Source: Akkermansia sp. (GTDB lineage Bacteria; Verrucomicrobiota; Verrucomicrobiia; Limisphaerales; SIBH01). From it: a DNA stretch of 62,059 nucleotides. The stretch is taken from the NCBI GenBank assembly GCA_043758205.1, contig JAYVNY010000111.1, positions 1 to 62,059 of the forward strand, written 5' to 3'. The notes under the pieces are model-generated. The model was not told the origin of the DNA, did not search any database, and saw only the letters and a program-made list of their open reading frames with translations. Of the stretch, positions 36,185 through 44,242 are shown one piece after another. The first letter of the stretch is position 1, and each line of letters starts with the position of its first letter. The position numbers and the translations under genes were made by a program.

Positions 36185-37159
36185 CTATTTCAGAATCCGC
36201 CGCGCGGACTCGCGCACCTTCTCCACCAGTTCCTTCGGCCCAACGGCCTTCGCATGGCCGCCCCAGCTCAAGACCCACCGCTGCACTTCATCGAGGCTCG
36301 ACAGCTTCATCCGCAACTCCGCACCGCTGTCCTTCAGCTCGCGCAGTTCCTGCGACGGATGCCATTTCTTCTCGCGGATGTAGCCCGCGCCGAACGCATC
36401 GAAGCGGATGACCACGTTGAATTCTCCCTGACCGCTCACGACGCCGAAGCTGTCGTGCAGACGCTTCTCCAGCGAGAACTTCGCGGGGCGCGGAAAGGTT
36501 TTGCCGGTGGTCGTCACGTCGCTCATGCGCGCGGGGACGAAGGTGCGGATGTCCTTCCGCGCCTGATCGAAGGCGAAGAGGAACCACTCGCTGTTGATGT
36601 TCGCCAGATGGTAGGGATCCACGATGCGCGCCTCCGCCTTCGCTTGTCCGGGCTTACGGTAATGAAACTGGATTTGTTTTCGCGTCGCCGTGGCCGTGGC
36701 CAGCACGTCGAAAATTTCCAGGTTCAAAATCGGCTCGGCGCTCGTGCGAAAGGAAATCGTCTGGTCCCACTCCGAGATGTTGAACGACACGGTGTCGGGC
36801 AACTGGCCGGCGAGCTTCTTGAGCGCGCTGACCAGCGGCTTCTCGAAGTTCGTGCCGCGATATTGTTCCAGCGCCTTTTCCGCGATGAGCAGCGCGACCA
36901 GTTCGCCCTCGGTGATTTGCAGGGTCGGGAAGCCGCTCACCGGTTCGGTGTAGTGATAGCCATAGCGGCGCGCGTCGTATTCCACCGGCAGGTTCATGCG
37001 GTCGCGCATGAACTCGATGTCGCGCCAGATGGACTTCACGCTCACCTCCATTTCGCGCGCGAGCTTCGTGGCGTTCGGATAACTGCCTGAGGCGATCTCG
37101 TGGTGAATACGCATCATGCGCTCCAGCGGCGGGCGGGACTTGGGATTGAGGACGCTCAT
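36185..37159 (-). CDS. WYL-domain transcriptional regulator (HTH plus WYL plus C-terminal WCX-like domain)
   Basis: The N-terminus is RPPLERMMRIHHEIASGSYPNATKLAREMEVSVKSIWRDIEFMRDRMNLPVEYD. The central WYL-like part is VDPYHLANINSEWFLFAF. The ATG at 37159 is preferred over the listed TTG at 37186. Confidence 0.8.
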   Translation of the reverse strand: MSVLNPKSRPPLERMMRIHHEIASGSYPNATKLAREMEVSVKSIWRDIEFMRDRMNLPVEYDARRYGYHYTEPVSGFPTLQITEGELVALLIAEKALEQYRGTNFEKPLVSALKKLAGQLPDTVSFNISEWDQTISFRTSAEPILNLEIFDVLATATATRKQIQFHYRKPGQAKAEARIVDPYHLANINSEWFLFAFDQARKDIRTFVPARMSDVTTTGKTFPRPAKFSLEKRLHDSFGVVSGQGEFNVVIRFDAFGAGYIREKKWHPSQELRELKDSGAELRMKLSSLDEVQRWVLSWGGHAKAVGPKELVEKVRESARRILK

Positions 37160-37228
37160 GTCGTGACGTGAATCTTCAATCTCCAATCCTCAATCCACAA
37201 TCATCAATTCCCGTGAGTGCTTCGGTTC

Positions 37229-37492
37229 TTATTGGCCACGACCAATGAGCCGGTCGTATTCGCTGTGATGCCCAATCCAGAACCAGACCATGTCGGCACC
37301 ATCCTCAACGGCGGCGGCTCGATAATGGATGCCAACGCGAGCCGACCACATCCGTCCGACTTTCTTGAAGTGCAGGGAAGGGTGGTGTGAATCGAGTTTG
37401 AGAAGTTCGAAATTCTTGTCCGCGAGCGTCTGGATTTCCTTGGGCAATGCTTCGTAAAACTTCCAAAACTTGGGTGTCGCGCGATGTTTCAC
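37229..37492 (-). CDS. Type II toxin, RelE/ParE superfamily
   Basis: The 87-aa product has PKFWKFYEALPKEIQ...HPSLHFKKV...WSARVGIHYRA...VWFWIGHHSEYDRL. Its GTG start overlaps the antitoxin stop (GTGA). Confidence 0.75.
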   Translation of the reverse strand: MKHRATPKFWKFYEALPKEIQTLADKNFELLKLDSHHPSLHFKKVGRMWSARVGIHYRAAAVEDGADMVWFWIGHHSEYDRLIGRGQ

Positions 37493-37689
37493 AGCTCTGT
37501 GCAGCGCCCGGCGCGCAAATCGCGCAAGGCTTCTTCCGCGAGAGCGTCGAATCGCCCCGCCTTCACATCTTCCTCGAATTGCTTGTCCCAGGCCTCAGCG
37601 TCGAAGCCGAGAAACCAGTCGCGGAAAGCGGTCAAATCATTGCGGGAGAGCTTCTGGACGGCGTTCTCAATTTCAAAAACTGTGCTCAT
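37489..37689 (-). CDS. Cognate antitoxin (small acidic addiction-module component)
   Basis: The 66-aa product is MSTVFEIENAVQKLSRNDLTAFRDWF...AEEALRDLRAGRCTEL. It has a 4-nt overlap with the toxin gene. Confidence 0.7.
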   Translation of the reverse strand: MSTVFEIENAVQKLSRNDLTAFRDWFLGFDAEAWDKQFEEDVKAGRFDALAEEALRDLRAGRCTEL

Positions 37690-37740
37690 GTTGTAAGGAT
37701 ACCGACCGTGAATTTCAGAGCAAGCGTCGAAACGTCTGAC

Positions 37741-38253
37741 TCATTGGTCCTCTGCCGTCATTGCGCGGTAGATGCATCTGTCTCGCGATTCAAAAACTTC
37801 ATCCGTGTCGCAACTTAATGTCTGCTTCTTGCGCACATTGTACGCCCGCACCAGGTAGCCCCGGTAACTGATGGCTACTTGTTGCAAATCCTTGGTCCAG
37901 AAAACTTCAAATAATGCGGCTCCGTTCTTGGTGCGAAGGGCAGGGGCGGAAATGAGGTTTGTCAGGTAACTGACCCGCCTGTCGTTCGTCCGAAATTCAC
38001 CAAACTTCATGTGACAGGGCAGTGAGGAGGAAATGAGGTCGCGCCGCCCATCCGTGCTGACCAGATACGCATCGAAAGAAGAGTCCACGAAGCCTTTGCT
38101 GTAAATCTCCACGTCCGGCGCTCCGGGTGGGCTGTGTCGCTCGAACATCTCTCCTCGGTAATCAAAGCGGAAAAGTCCCAGTACCAGCACCGCTCCCAGC
38201 AACAACAAACTGATTATGCTGACCAAAGCCACGGCTTGACGTGAACGCATCAT
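37741..38253 (-). CDS. Hypothetical membrane-anchored protein (170 aa)
   Basis: There is an N-terminal TM helix (AVALVSIISLLLLGAVLVLGLF). The ORF is visibly A/T-richer. I recognise no family. Confidence 0.5.
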   Translation of the reverse strand: MMRSRQAVALVSIISLLLLGAVLVLGLFRFDYRGEMFERHSPPGAPDVEIYSKGFVDSSFDAYLVSTDGRRDLISSSLPCHMKFGEFRTNDRRVSYLTNLISAPALRTKNGAALFEVFWTKDLQQVAISYRGYLVRAYNVRKKQTLSCDTDEVFESRDRCIYRAMTAEDQ

Positions 38254-38296
38254 TTCCTATGCAGCCTGTTACCAGCGGCCAGTTTTCGGGACGTAG

Positions 38297-39196
38297 TTAA
38301 ACATCACAAATCTCCACGCCCTGCCGCAGCGACGCGATCTTGTCCGCGCGCTTGGGGATGAATTCCTGCGCGACGTAGCCCTTGAAGCCGGTGTCCACGA
38401 TGGCCTTCATCACGGCGGGGTAGTTGATCTCCTGCGAGTCATCAATCTCGTTGCGGCCCGGCACGCCGCCGGTGTGGTAGTGGGCGATGTAGGGCGCGAA
38501 CTTTTTGATCCGCACGATGAGATCACCTTCCATGATCTGCATGTGGTAAATGTCGTAGAGCAGCTTGAAGCGTTCGGAGCCGATGGCCTTGGCAAGCTCG
38601 ACGCCCCACTCGGTGTGATCGCACTGGTAGTCCCGGTGGTTCACGCGGCTGTTCAACAGTTCCATCACGATGTTGACCTTCGCTTTCTCCGCCGCGGCCA
38701 TGATGCGCTTGAGACCTTGCGCGCAATTCTTGATGCCCACGTCATCCGCCAAACCATCGCGGTTGCCGGAGAAGCAAATGAGATTCGTGAAGCCCGCATC
38801 AGCCACCTGCTGAATGCGCTGCTCGTAAGCCGTCACGAGTTTGTCGTGATGCTCCACGCGGTTCCACGCGCGCTCGATGCCGCCGAGTTTATCAATGACG
38901 GGATTGCTCACCATCGCGCAGGTCAGGCCGTGCCTTTTCAGCGTGGCGAAATCGTCGCCGGGATTAAGCAGTTCAATCGAGGTGAGGCCCATCACCTTGC
39001 CCGCGACGCACAGGTCTTCAAGCGAGATACCCGGGTAACACCACTTGCAAACGGAGTGATGCACGCGGCCTTTCATCGCGGGCGCGGCGGCATCAGCGGC
39101 GAAGAGACGTTGTGCGAGCGACGCGGCGGTGGCAGCGATGGCGCCGGTGCTGGCGATTCGGGTGAGAGCAGAGCGGCGGGTGAGTTGAGTTTTCAT
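38297..39196 (-). CDS. Sugar phosphate isomerase/epimerase (xylose-isomerase-like TIM barrel, hydroxypyruvate-isomerase-like) with a Tat signal
   Basis: The ATG at 39196 gives MKTQLTRRSALTRIASTGAIAATAA, a twin-arginine signal. TIM-barrel metal-site motifs are present (VMELLN, HYHTGG, AQEF). Confidence 0.8.
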   Translation of the reverse strand: MKTQLTRRSALTRIASTGAIAATAASLAQRLFAADAAAPAMKGRVHHSVCKWCYPGISLEDLCVAGKVMGLTSIELLNPGDDFATLKRHGLTCAMVSNPVIDKLGGIERAWNRVEHHDKLVTAYEQRIQQVADAGFTNLICFSGNRDGLADDVGIKNCAQGLKRIMAAAEKAKVNIVMELLNSRVNHRDYQCDHTEWGVELAKAIGSERFKLLYDIYHMQIMEGDLIVRIKKFAPYIAHYHTGGVPGRNEIDDSQEINYPAVMKAIVDTGFKGYVAQEFIPKRADKIASLRQGVEICDV

Positions 39197-39404
39197 GGCG
39201 TTGGTGATTCGTGAAGATAGTGCGCGGGCTGGGCGTGGCGTCAAACGACAATTGCCACGCCGAATGACCAGTGTGCGATGCAGAGAATTTTCCTTCTCGA
39301 CCTTGGCAGCCTTGGCGTGAGGCAAATCCCTCCTCCAGCAAAGTGACGGCAAACTCCAAAAAGCAGGTGCGCATCCACGGCTCCTTCGCTAGCGTCCCTG
39401 CATC

Positions 39405-40670
39405 ATGAACCCCCTCGCTACGGAGTTGGTGCGCGATCAGGTGGCCGCCGCGGTTGAAGAGGCCGTGGCGCGCACGCCGGTCTCGGACATTCATACGCAC
39501 CTCTACGATCCGGCGTTTGGGAAGCTCCTGCTTTGGGGCATTGATGAAGTGCTCACCTACCACTACCTCGTGGCCGAGTCCTTTCGTTACTTGGATTTGC
39601 CGTTCGAGAAATTTTGGGCGCTGCCCAAGTCCCGGCAGGCCGATCTGATTTGGGAACAATTGTTCATCAAGAATTCTCCCGTCTCGGAATCCTGCCGGGG
39701 TGTCATCACCACGCTCAATGCGCTGGGCCTCGATGTCCGCAAGCGCGACCTGAACGCCGTGCGCTCGTGGTTCGCCGAGTGGGAAGTTGAGGACTACACC
39801 ACACACTGCATGGAACTGGCGAACGTCCGTTCCATCTGCATGACCAACTCCCCGTTCGACGACGACGAGCGCCCCGTGTGGGACCACGGCTTCGCGCGCG
39901 ACCCGCGTTTCACCTCCGGGCTGCGCATCGACCCGCTGCTGCTCTCGTGGCCATCCACCGCCGCCCAATTGTCCCGCTGGGGTTACAATGTGAGCAGCGA
40001 TCTGACCGCGCACACCTTCAGCGAGGTCCGCCGTTTCCTCCGCACTTGGACGGAGCGGATGAATCCGCGTTTCGTGATGGTCTCGCTCAGTCCCGACTTT
40101 GAATTTCCGGGCTCGCACGAATGCGCGATGCTCATCGAGAAGGCCGTGGTGCCACATTGCCGTGAGTTCGGGCTGCCCTTCGCCGTGATGCCCGGCGTGC
40201 GGCGGCAGGTGAATCCCGAGTTGCGCCTGGCTGGCGACGGCCTCGGCTACACCGACCTCAGCGCGCTGCAGAATCTCTGCGCACAATTTCCCGACACCAA
40301 GTTCATCGCCACCGTGCTTGCGCGCGAGAACCAGCACGAGTTGTGCGTCCTGGCGCGAAAGTTCCGCAACCTTCACATCTTCGGCTGCTGGTGGTTCCTC
40401 AACAACCCCAGCCTCATTGACGAGATGACGCGGATGCGCCTCGAGCTGCTCGGCCTCAGCTTCACCCCGCAGCACTCCGACGCGCGAGTGCTCGACCAAC
40501 TGATCTACAAGTGGACCCACTCGCGCCAGGTCATCAGCCGTGTGCTGGTGGAGAAGTATGGCGACCTCGCCGCCACCGGCTGGGTGCCGAGCCGCGAAGA
40601 AATCCAGCGCGACGTGAAGAAGCTTTTCGGCGGCGCGTTCGATGAATTCTGCGCGCTCTCGCTGAAGTGA
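39405..40670 (+). CDS. uxaC: Glucuronate isomerase family protein (amidohydrolase fold)
   Basis: DIHTHL lies near the N-terminus. The C-terminal FGCWWFLNNPSLIDEMTRMRLELLGLSFTPQHSDARVL parallels the E. coli UxaC segment GSGWWFNDQKDGM...MLTDSRSF, as I recall it from memory. Confidence 0.7.
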   Translation: MNPLATELVRDQVAAAVEEAVARTPVSDIHTHLYDPAFGKLLLWGIDEVLTYHYLVAESFRYLDLPFEKFWALPKSRQADLIWEQLFIKNSPVSESCRGVITTLNALGLDVRKRDLNAVRSWFAEWEVEDYTTHCMELANVRSICMTNSPFDDDERPVWDHGFARDPRFTSGLRIDPLLLSWPSTAAQLSRWGYNVSSDLTAHTFSEVRRFLRTWTERMNPRFVMVSLSPDFEFPGSHECAMLIEKAVVPHCREFGLPFAVMPGVRRQVNPELRLAGDGLGYTDLSALQNLCAQFPDTKFIATVLARENQHELCVLARKFRNLHIFGCWWFLNNPSLIDEMTRMRLELLGLSFTPQHSDARVLDQLIYKWTHSRQVISRVLVEKYGDLAATGWVPSREEIQRDVKKLFGGAFDEFCALSLK

Positions 40671-40733
40671 CCGCCCGCGCGAAACTTTTAGATAAGCTTA
40701 GGTTGCGTCACGAGAGGCGAGATAAGGTGCCGG

Positions 40734-40913
40734 ATGAATTCAATGGAAACGTACTCCTGCCTCCGCGACCTCCAAGTAGTGCCAACCGTCCCGCGCATCA
40801 CGGAAGCGGAAATCACCGAGTTGCTGAAACGAAAACTCATCCTCCGCGCCGAGAAGACCGGCGGCATCTGGCTCACGCAACTCGGCGTCTATACCAAGAC
40901 CGGCCAGATTTAA
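40734..40913 (+). CDS. Unlisted 59-codon ORF (hypothetical small protein)
   Basis: The product is MNSMETYSCLRDLQVVPTVPRITEAEITELLKRKLILRAEKTGGIWLTQLGVYTKTGQI. AAGG lies about 6-7 nt upstream of ATG 40734. Third-position G/C bias is genome-like and a hairpin plus T-run follows. It is below the 60-aa cutoff of the ORF track. Confidence 0.35.
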   Translation: MNSMETYSCLRDLQVVPTVPRITEAEITELLKRKLILRAEKTGGIWLTQLGVYTKTGQI

Positions 40914-40942
40914 CAGAGGCGCAGTTTCCTCCGGTCTTTTTT
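40898..40942 (+). terminator. Candidate intrinsic terminator after the 59-codon ORF
   Basis: The stem is gaccgg...(gagg..cctc)...ccggtc, followed by tttttt (40937-40942). The stem has a large interior loop. Confidence 0.4.
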
Positions 40943-41472
40943 CCTTCGTCAGTTCGGCCCCTCATGTCACGCGGATAGAGGAGCGGATTTCCCGTGGAGT
41001 GGTGGCCCAACTTTCCATCAACAGGAATGACGAACGCCGCTTTATCAGACAAAAGATCACGCCAGGGTGGAGAAAGTTTTCCTGCCGGTGGAGCGGACGT
41101 GGGGAAAATATTTTTCCACAAATGAGTTTCCGCTCTTGAGAATTTTTTTTGTGCGCCGATAGTTTCGTCGTCGCCGCGAAGTGACATCGCTCTTTGACTG
41201 CGCCAGCAGGAAAACAATTTAACCCTGCCTATGCTCGTGTATCGAAGCCACATCCTTGGACCGTAATGACGAAACACGGGGCCCTTCATTATCAGCAGCC
41301 GCCAACAGGCCTTTACTGGACGTTGAACGCTGTCGAAGCCGGTCCCACTTGTCCATAAGACGTTCAACGGAACTGCTTCCCACGGCATTCACGGCGGGGT
41401 TTTTCTTTGGCCGACCGGCGCGGTTGAATCCGGGCTTGCCACGCCGGCCTCCAATCCCTTAAGCCCCGCCGG

Positions 41473-41862
41473 ATGAAATCAGCTTCTGTAAAACAATTCG
41501 TAGCGTTGCGTGCCGCCCTCCTCAATGAGAAGGCCCAGCTCGAAGCCCGGCTCAAAGAAATTTGCGCCGGTCTCGAAATGACCGCCTCCGTGGCCACTGC
41601 GCCCGCCAAACCCGCCGCCCCGGGCCGCGTTCCGCGCAAGAAACGCGCGGCGCGCGTCGAAAACACGATGTCGCTCTACGAGGCCGTGTCCAAGGCCGTG
41701 GCCGCCAAGCCGCTGACCAAACCGGAAATTCTCAAGGCCGTTGTAGCCCTCGGCTACAAGTTCTCGGCATCCAATCCCATGATGTCGCTGAACACGCTGG
41801 TTTATACGCCGGGCAAATTGAAGAAGCACCCCGGTGGCAAGTGGGGTTCCGTGAAGAAGTAA
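41473..41862 (+). CDS. Hypothetical small DNA-binding-like protein (coiled coil, basic linker, HARE-HTH-like C-terminal domain)
   Basis: The 129-aa product has an N-terminal heptad-like [19 protein letters not shown], a basic [13 protein letters not shown], and a C-terminal [29 protein letters not shown]...[11 protein letters not shown]...GGKWG. The domain assignment is my pattern recognition only. Confidence 0.6.
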   Translation: MKSASVKQFVALRAALLNEKAQLEARLKEICAGLEMTASVATAPAKPAAPGRVPRKKRAARVENTMSLYEAVSKAVAAKPLTKPEILKAVVALGYKFSASNPMMSLNTLVYTPGKLKKHPGGKWGSVKK

Positions 41863-41914
41863 TTCGCGGCTACAGACAACCTGTCTGCCTCCCCGGAGCG
41901 GGAGGTGTTTCACG

Positions 41915-42691
41915 ATGCTCGCCAAACGCGTCATTCCCTGCCTCGACGTTCATGACGGACAAGTCACGCGCGGCGTGCAGTTCGGCCGTGCCGAGGCGGG
42001 CGAACTCCGCAACGTGGGCGATCCCGTCGCCCTGGCCGTGCGCTACAACGAGCAGGGCGCGGACGAGATGGTCTTCTTCGACATCACGGCCAGCGCGCAC
42101 GGTCGCGCGACGATTATTGATGTCATCGAGCGCACCGCCGACCAGTGCTTCATGCCGCTCACCGTGGGCGGCGGCATTCGCGCCGTCGAGGACATGCACC
42201 AGATGCTGATGGCGGGTGCGGACAAGGTGAGCATCAACTCCTCCGCGCTTGCGACCCCGGAACTCATCCGCGCGGGCGCGGAGAAATTCGGCAGCCAGTG
42301 CATCGTCGTGTCCATTGATTGCAAGCGCACCGCGCCCGGACGCTGGGAAGTTTTTTCGCATGGCGGACGCAAAGCCACGGGCCTCGAAACGGTCGAGTGG
42401 GCGCAGCGCGCCGTGGCGCTGGGCGCGGGCGAGATCGTGCTGAACAGCATTGATGCGGACGGCACGAAGGCGGGCTTCGATTTGGAAATCACCCGGCGCA
42501 TCAGCGAGTCCGTGGGCGTCCCGGTGGTGGCCAGCGGCGGCGCAGGCAGCCTCGAACACATGGCCGACGTGCTGGAGCAAGGGCGGGCCGACGCCGTGCT
42601 GGCCGCGAGCATCTTTCACTTCGGCGAGTTCACCGTGGGCGACGTGAAAAATTTCCTGGCCGGAAGAAACATCCCCGTGCGGCTGGTGTAA
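41915..42691 (+). CDS. hisF: Imidazole glycerol phosphate synthase, cyclase subunit
   Basis: Seen: [16 protein letters not shown] and [15 protein letters not shown]. The product is 258 aa. Confidence 0.95.
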   Translation: MLAKRVIPCLDVHDGQVTRGVQFGRAEAGELRNVGDPVALAVRYNEQGADEMVFFDITASAHGRATIIDVIERTADQCFMPLTVGGGIRAVEDMHQMLMAGADKVSINSSALATPELIRAGAEKFGSQCIVVSIDCKRTAPGRWEVFSHGGRKATGLETVEWAQRAVALGAGEIVLNSIDADGTKAGFDLEITRRISESVGVPVVASGGAGSLEHMADVLEQGRADAVLAASIFHFGEFTVGDVKNFLAGRNIPVRLV

Positions 42692-42739
42692 GTTTGCCCG
42701 CCGTTCGCCCGCGCCCGCAGACTGATTACTGATTACTTT

Positions 42740-43114
42740 ATGGACTCTCTCATTCAATCCCGCCTCACGCCCATCTTCCTCCTCACCATCTCGAACGTCT
42801 TCATGACCTTCGCCTGGTACGGGCATTTGAAATACGGCAAGCTCGCGGGCGGCGGCGTGATCCCGCTCTGGAAGGTGATTCTCCTGAGCTGGGGCATCGC
42901 CTTCCTCGAATACGTTTTCATGGTGCCGGCCAATCGCTGGGGCAGCCTGAACTACTCGGCGGCGGAACTGAAAATCATGCAGGAGGTCATCACCCTGATC
43001 GTGTTCGCGGGTTTCGCGGTGCTCTATCTCGGGGAGAAATTGAAGTGGAACCACCTCGCGGCGTTCGTGTGCATCCTCGGCGCGGTGGCTTTCACCGTGC
43101 TGCCGAAGAAATGA
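42740..43114 (+). CDS. DMT-superfamily small membrane protein (DUF486)
   Basis: The 124-aa product has 4 TM helices plus FMTFAWYGHLK and ELKIMQEVITL motifs typical of DUF486. Confidence 0.75.
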   Translation: MDSLIQSRLTPIFLLTISNVFMTFAWYGHLKYGKLAGGGVIPLWKVILLSWGIAFLEYVFMVPANRWGSLNYSAAELKIMQEVITLIVFAGFAVLYLGEKLKWNHLAAFVCILGAVAFTVLPKK

Positions 43115-43192
43115 AGCTCCACGCGTGTCGCGAGGGCCGCGCGTGAAATCAAACTTGCACTCTCCCGGTGCGGCCCTTGAACTCCGCGCGCC

Positions 43193-44107
43193 ATGTGGCC
43201 GGCGTTTTTAACCACCATTTTCTTTTCCATCTCCGCGGTCTGCGCGCAGCGGACGAGCAAGGTGCTGGGCGGCGTGCAGGCAAACTTCTGGCGCGTGCTG
43301 CTCGCCACTGCATTGCTCGCGCTGTGGGCGCACACGTTCGGGCAGGGATTGATCGGCAAAGCCCTGCCGATGTTTCTCCTGAGCGGCCTGCTCGGCTTCG
43401 GTCTCGGCGACATCGCACTGTATCAAGCATTGCCGCGCCTCGGCTCGCGGCTGTCCATTTTGATCGTGCATTGCCTGGCCGCGCCGTTTGCAGCGGCGAC
43501 GGAGTGGCTGTGGTTCGACACGAAAATGACCGGGATGGAAATGGGCGGTGCGGCCTTGATTCTCGGCGGAGTGGCGCTGGCGATAGCTCCGGGCAAACAC
43601 CTCGATATTCCCAAACGCGTCTTCTGGATCGGCGTGGCCTACGGCGTGGTCGCGGCACTGGGGCAGGGGATGGGCGCGGTCTTCAGCGGCCACGCCTCGC
43701 GCGTGGACGCGGCGGCGGGCACGCCGGTGGATGGCGGCACGGCGGCGTATCAACGCATCCTCGCAGGACTGGCGGTGGCCGTGGTTTTTTGGCTTGGGAT
43801 GAAATTTAAAAAATGCACCACGGCTCCTGCTCTCAACTCTCAACCCTCAACCCTCAACTCCTCCGCCCCCATCTGGCCCTGGGTCGTCATCAACGCCCTC
43901 TCCGGCCCCGCCATCGGCGTCGCCTGTTACCAATGGGCGCTGATGACCGAGAAGTCCGGCGTGGTTCTGCCCATCGTCGCGCTCACGCCGCTCGTGATCA
44001 TTCCCTTCTCGCGCTACGTCGAGGGCGAGCGCCCGACCAAACGCTCGATCCTCGGCGGTGTGGTCGCGGTGTCGGGCGTGGTGGTGCTGCGGCTGGCGAT
44101 GAAGTAG
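43193..44107 (+). CDS. EamA/DMT family transporter
   Basis: The 304-aa product has two 5-TM EamA-like halves. The inter-domain loop carries an LNSQPSTLNS heptamer-repeat segment. Confidence 0.75.
   Translation: MWPAFLTTIFFSISAVCAQRTSKVLGGVQANFWRVLLATALLALWAHTFGQGLIGKALPMFLLSGLLGFGLGDIALYQALPRLGSRLSILIVHCLAAPFAAATEWLWFDTKMTGMEMGGAALILGGVALAIAPGKHLDIPKRVFWIGVAYGVVAALGQGMGAVFSGHASRVDAAAGTPVDGGTAAYQRILAGLAVAVVFWLGMKFKKCTTAPALNSQPSTLNSSAPIWPWVVINALSGPAIGVACYQWALMTEKSGVVLPIVALTPLVIIPFSRYVEGERPTKRSILGGVVAVSGVVVLRLAMK
43832..43861 (+). repeat. Tandem CCTCAAC-type heptamers in frame inside the EamA-type CDS
   Basis: The sequence is ctcaactctcaaccctcaaccctcaactcc. It shares 25 of 30 nt, in the same reading frame, with 52629-52658 in leuA. 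It differs from the intergenic arm at 9605-9631 only at the periodic A/G position. Confidence 0.85.
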
Positions 44108-44183
44108 CGGCGCGTCGGCAGACCGCCGCCATAATTTTCCCACCTTTGATTTTCAACTGGCGGCGCTCTGCCGAGACGCCGCT
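44106..44183. repeat. Inverted repeat (25-nt arms, 22 of 25 complementary) just downstream of the EamA-type gene (left arm overlaps its last two stop-codon bases)
   Basis: The arms are agcggcgcgtcggcagaccgccgcc (44106-44130) and ggcggcgctctgccgagacgccgct (44159-44183). Confidence 0.8.
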
Positions 44184-44242
44184 ACGGGATGGGTTGAAGA
44201 AATTCATTTCGCCACGCGTCGGGTTTTGCCTAAATCAATTTT

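Noticed and set aside
40873-41388. 171-aa minus-strand ORF in the long gap
   Set aside because: The translation is W/R/C-rich with no hydrophobic periodicity or motif. The region has non-coding-like composition.
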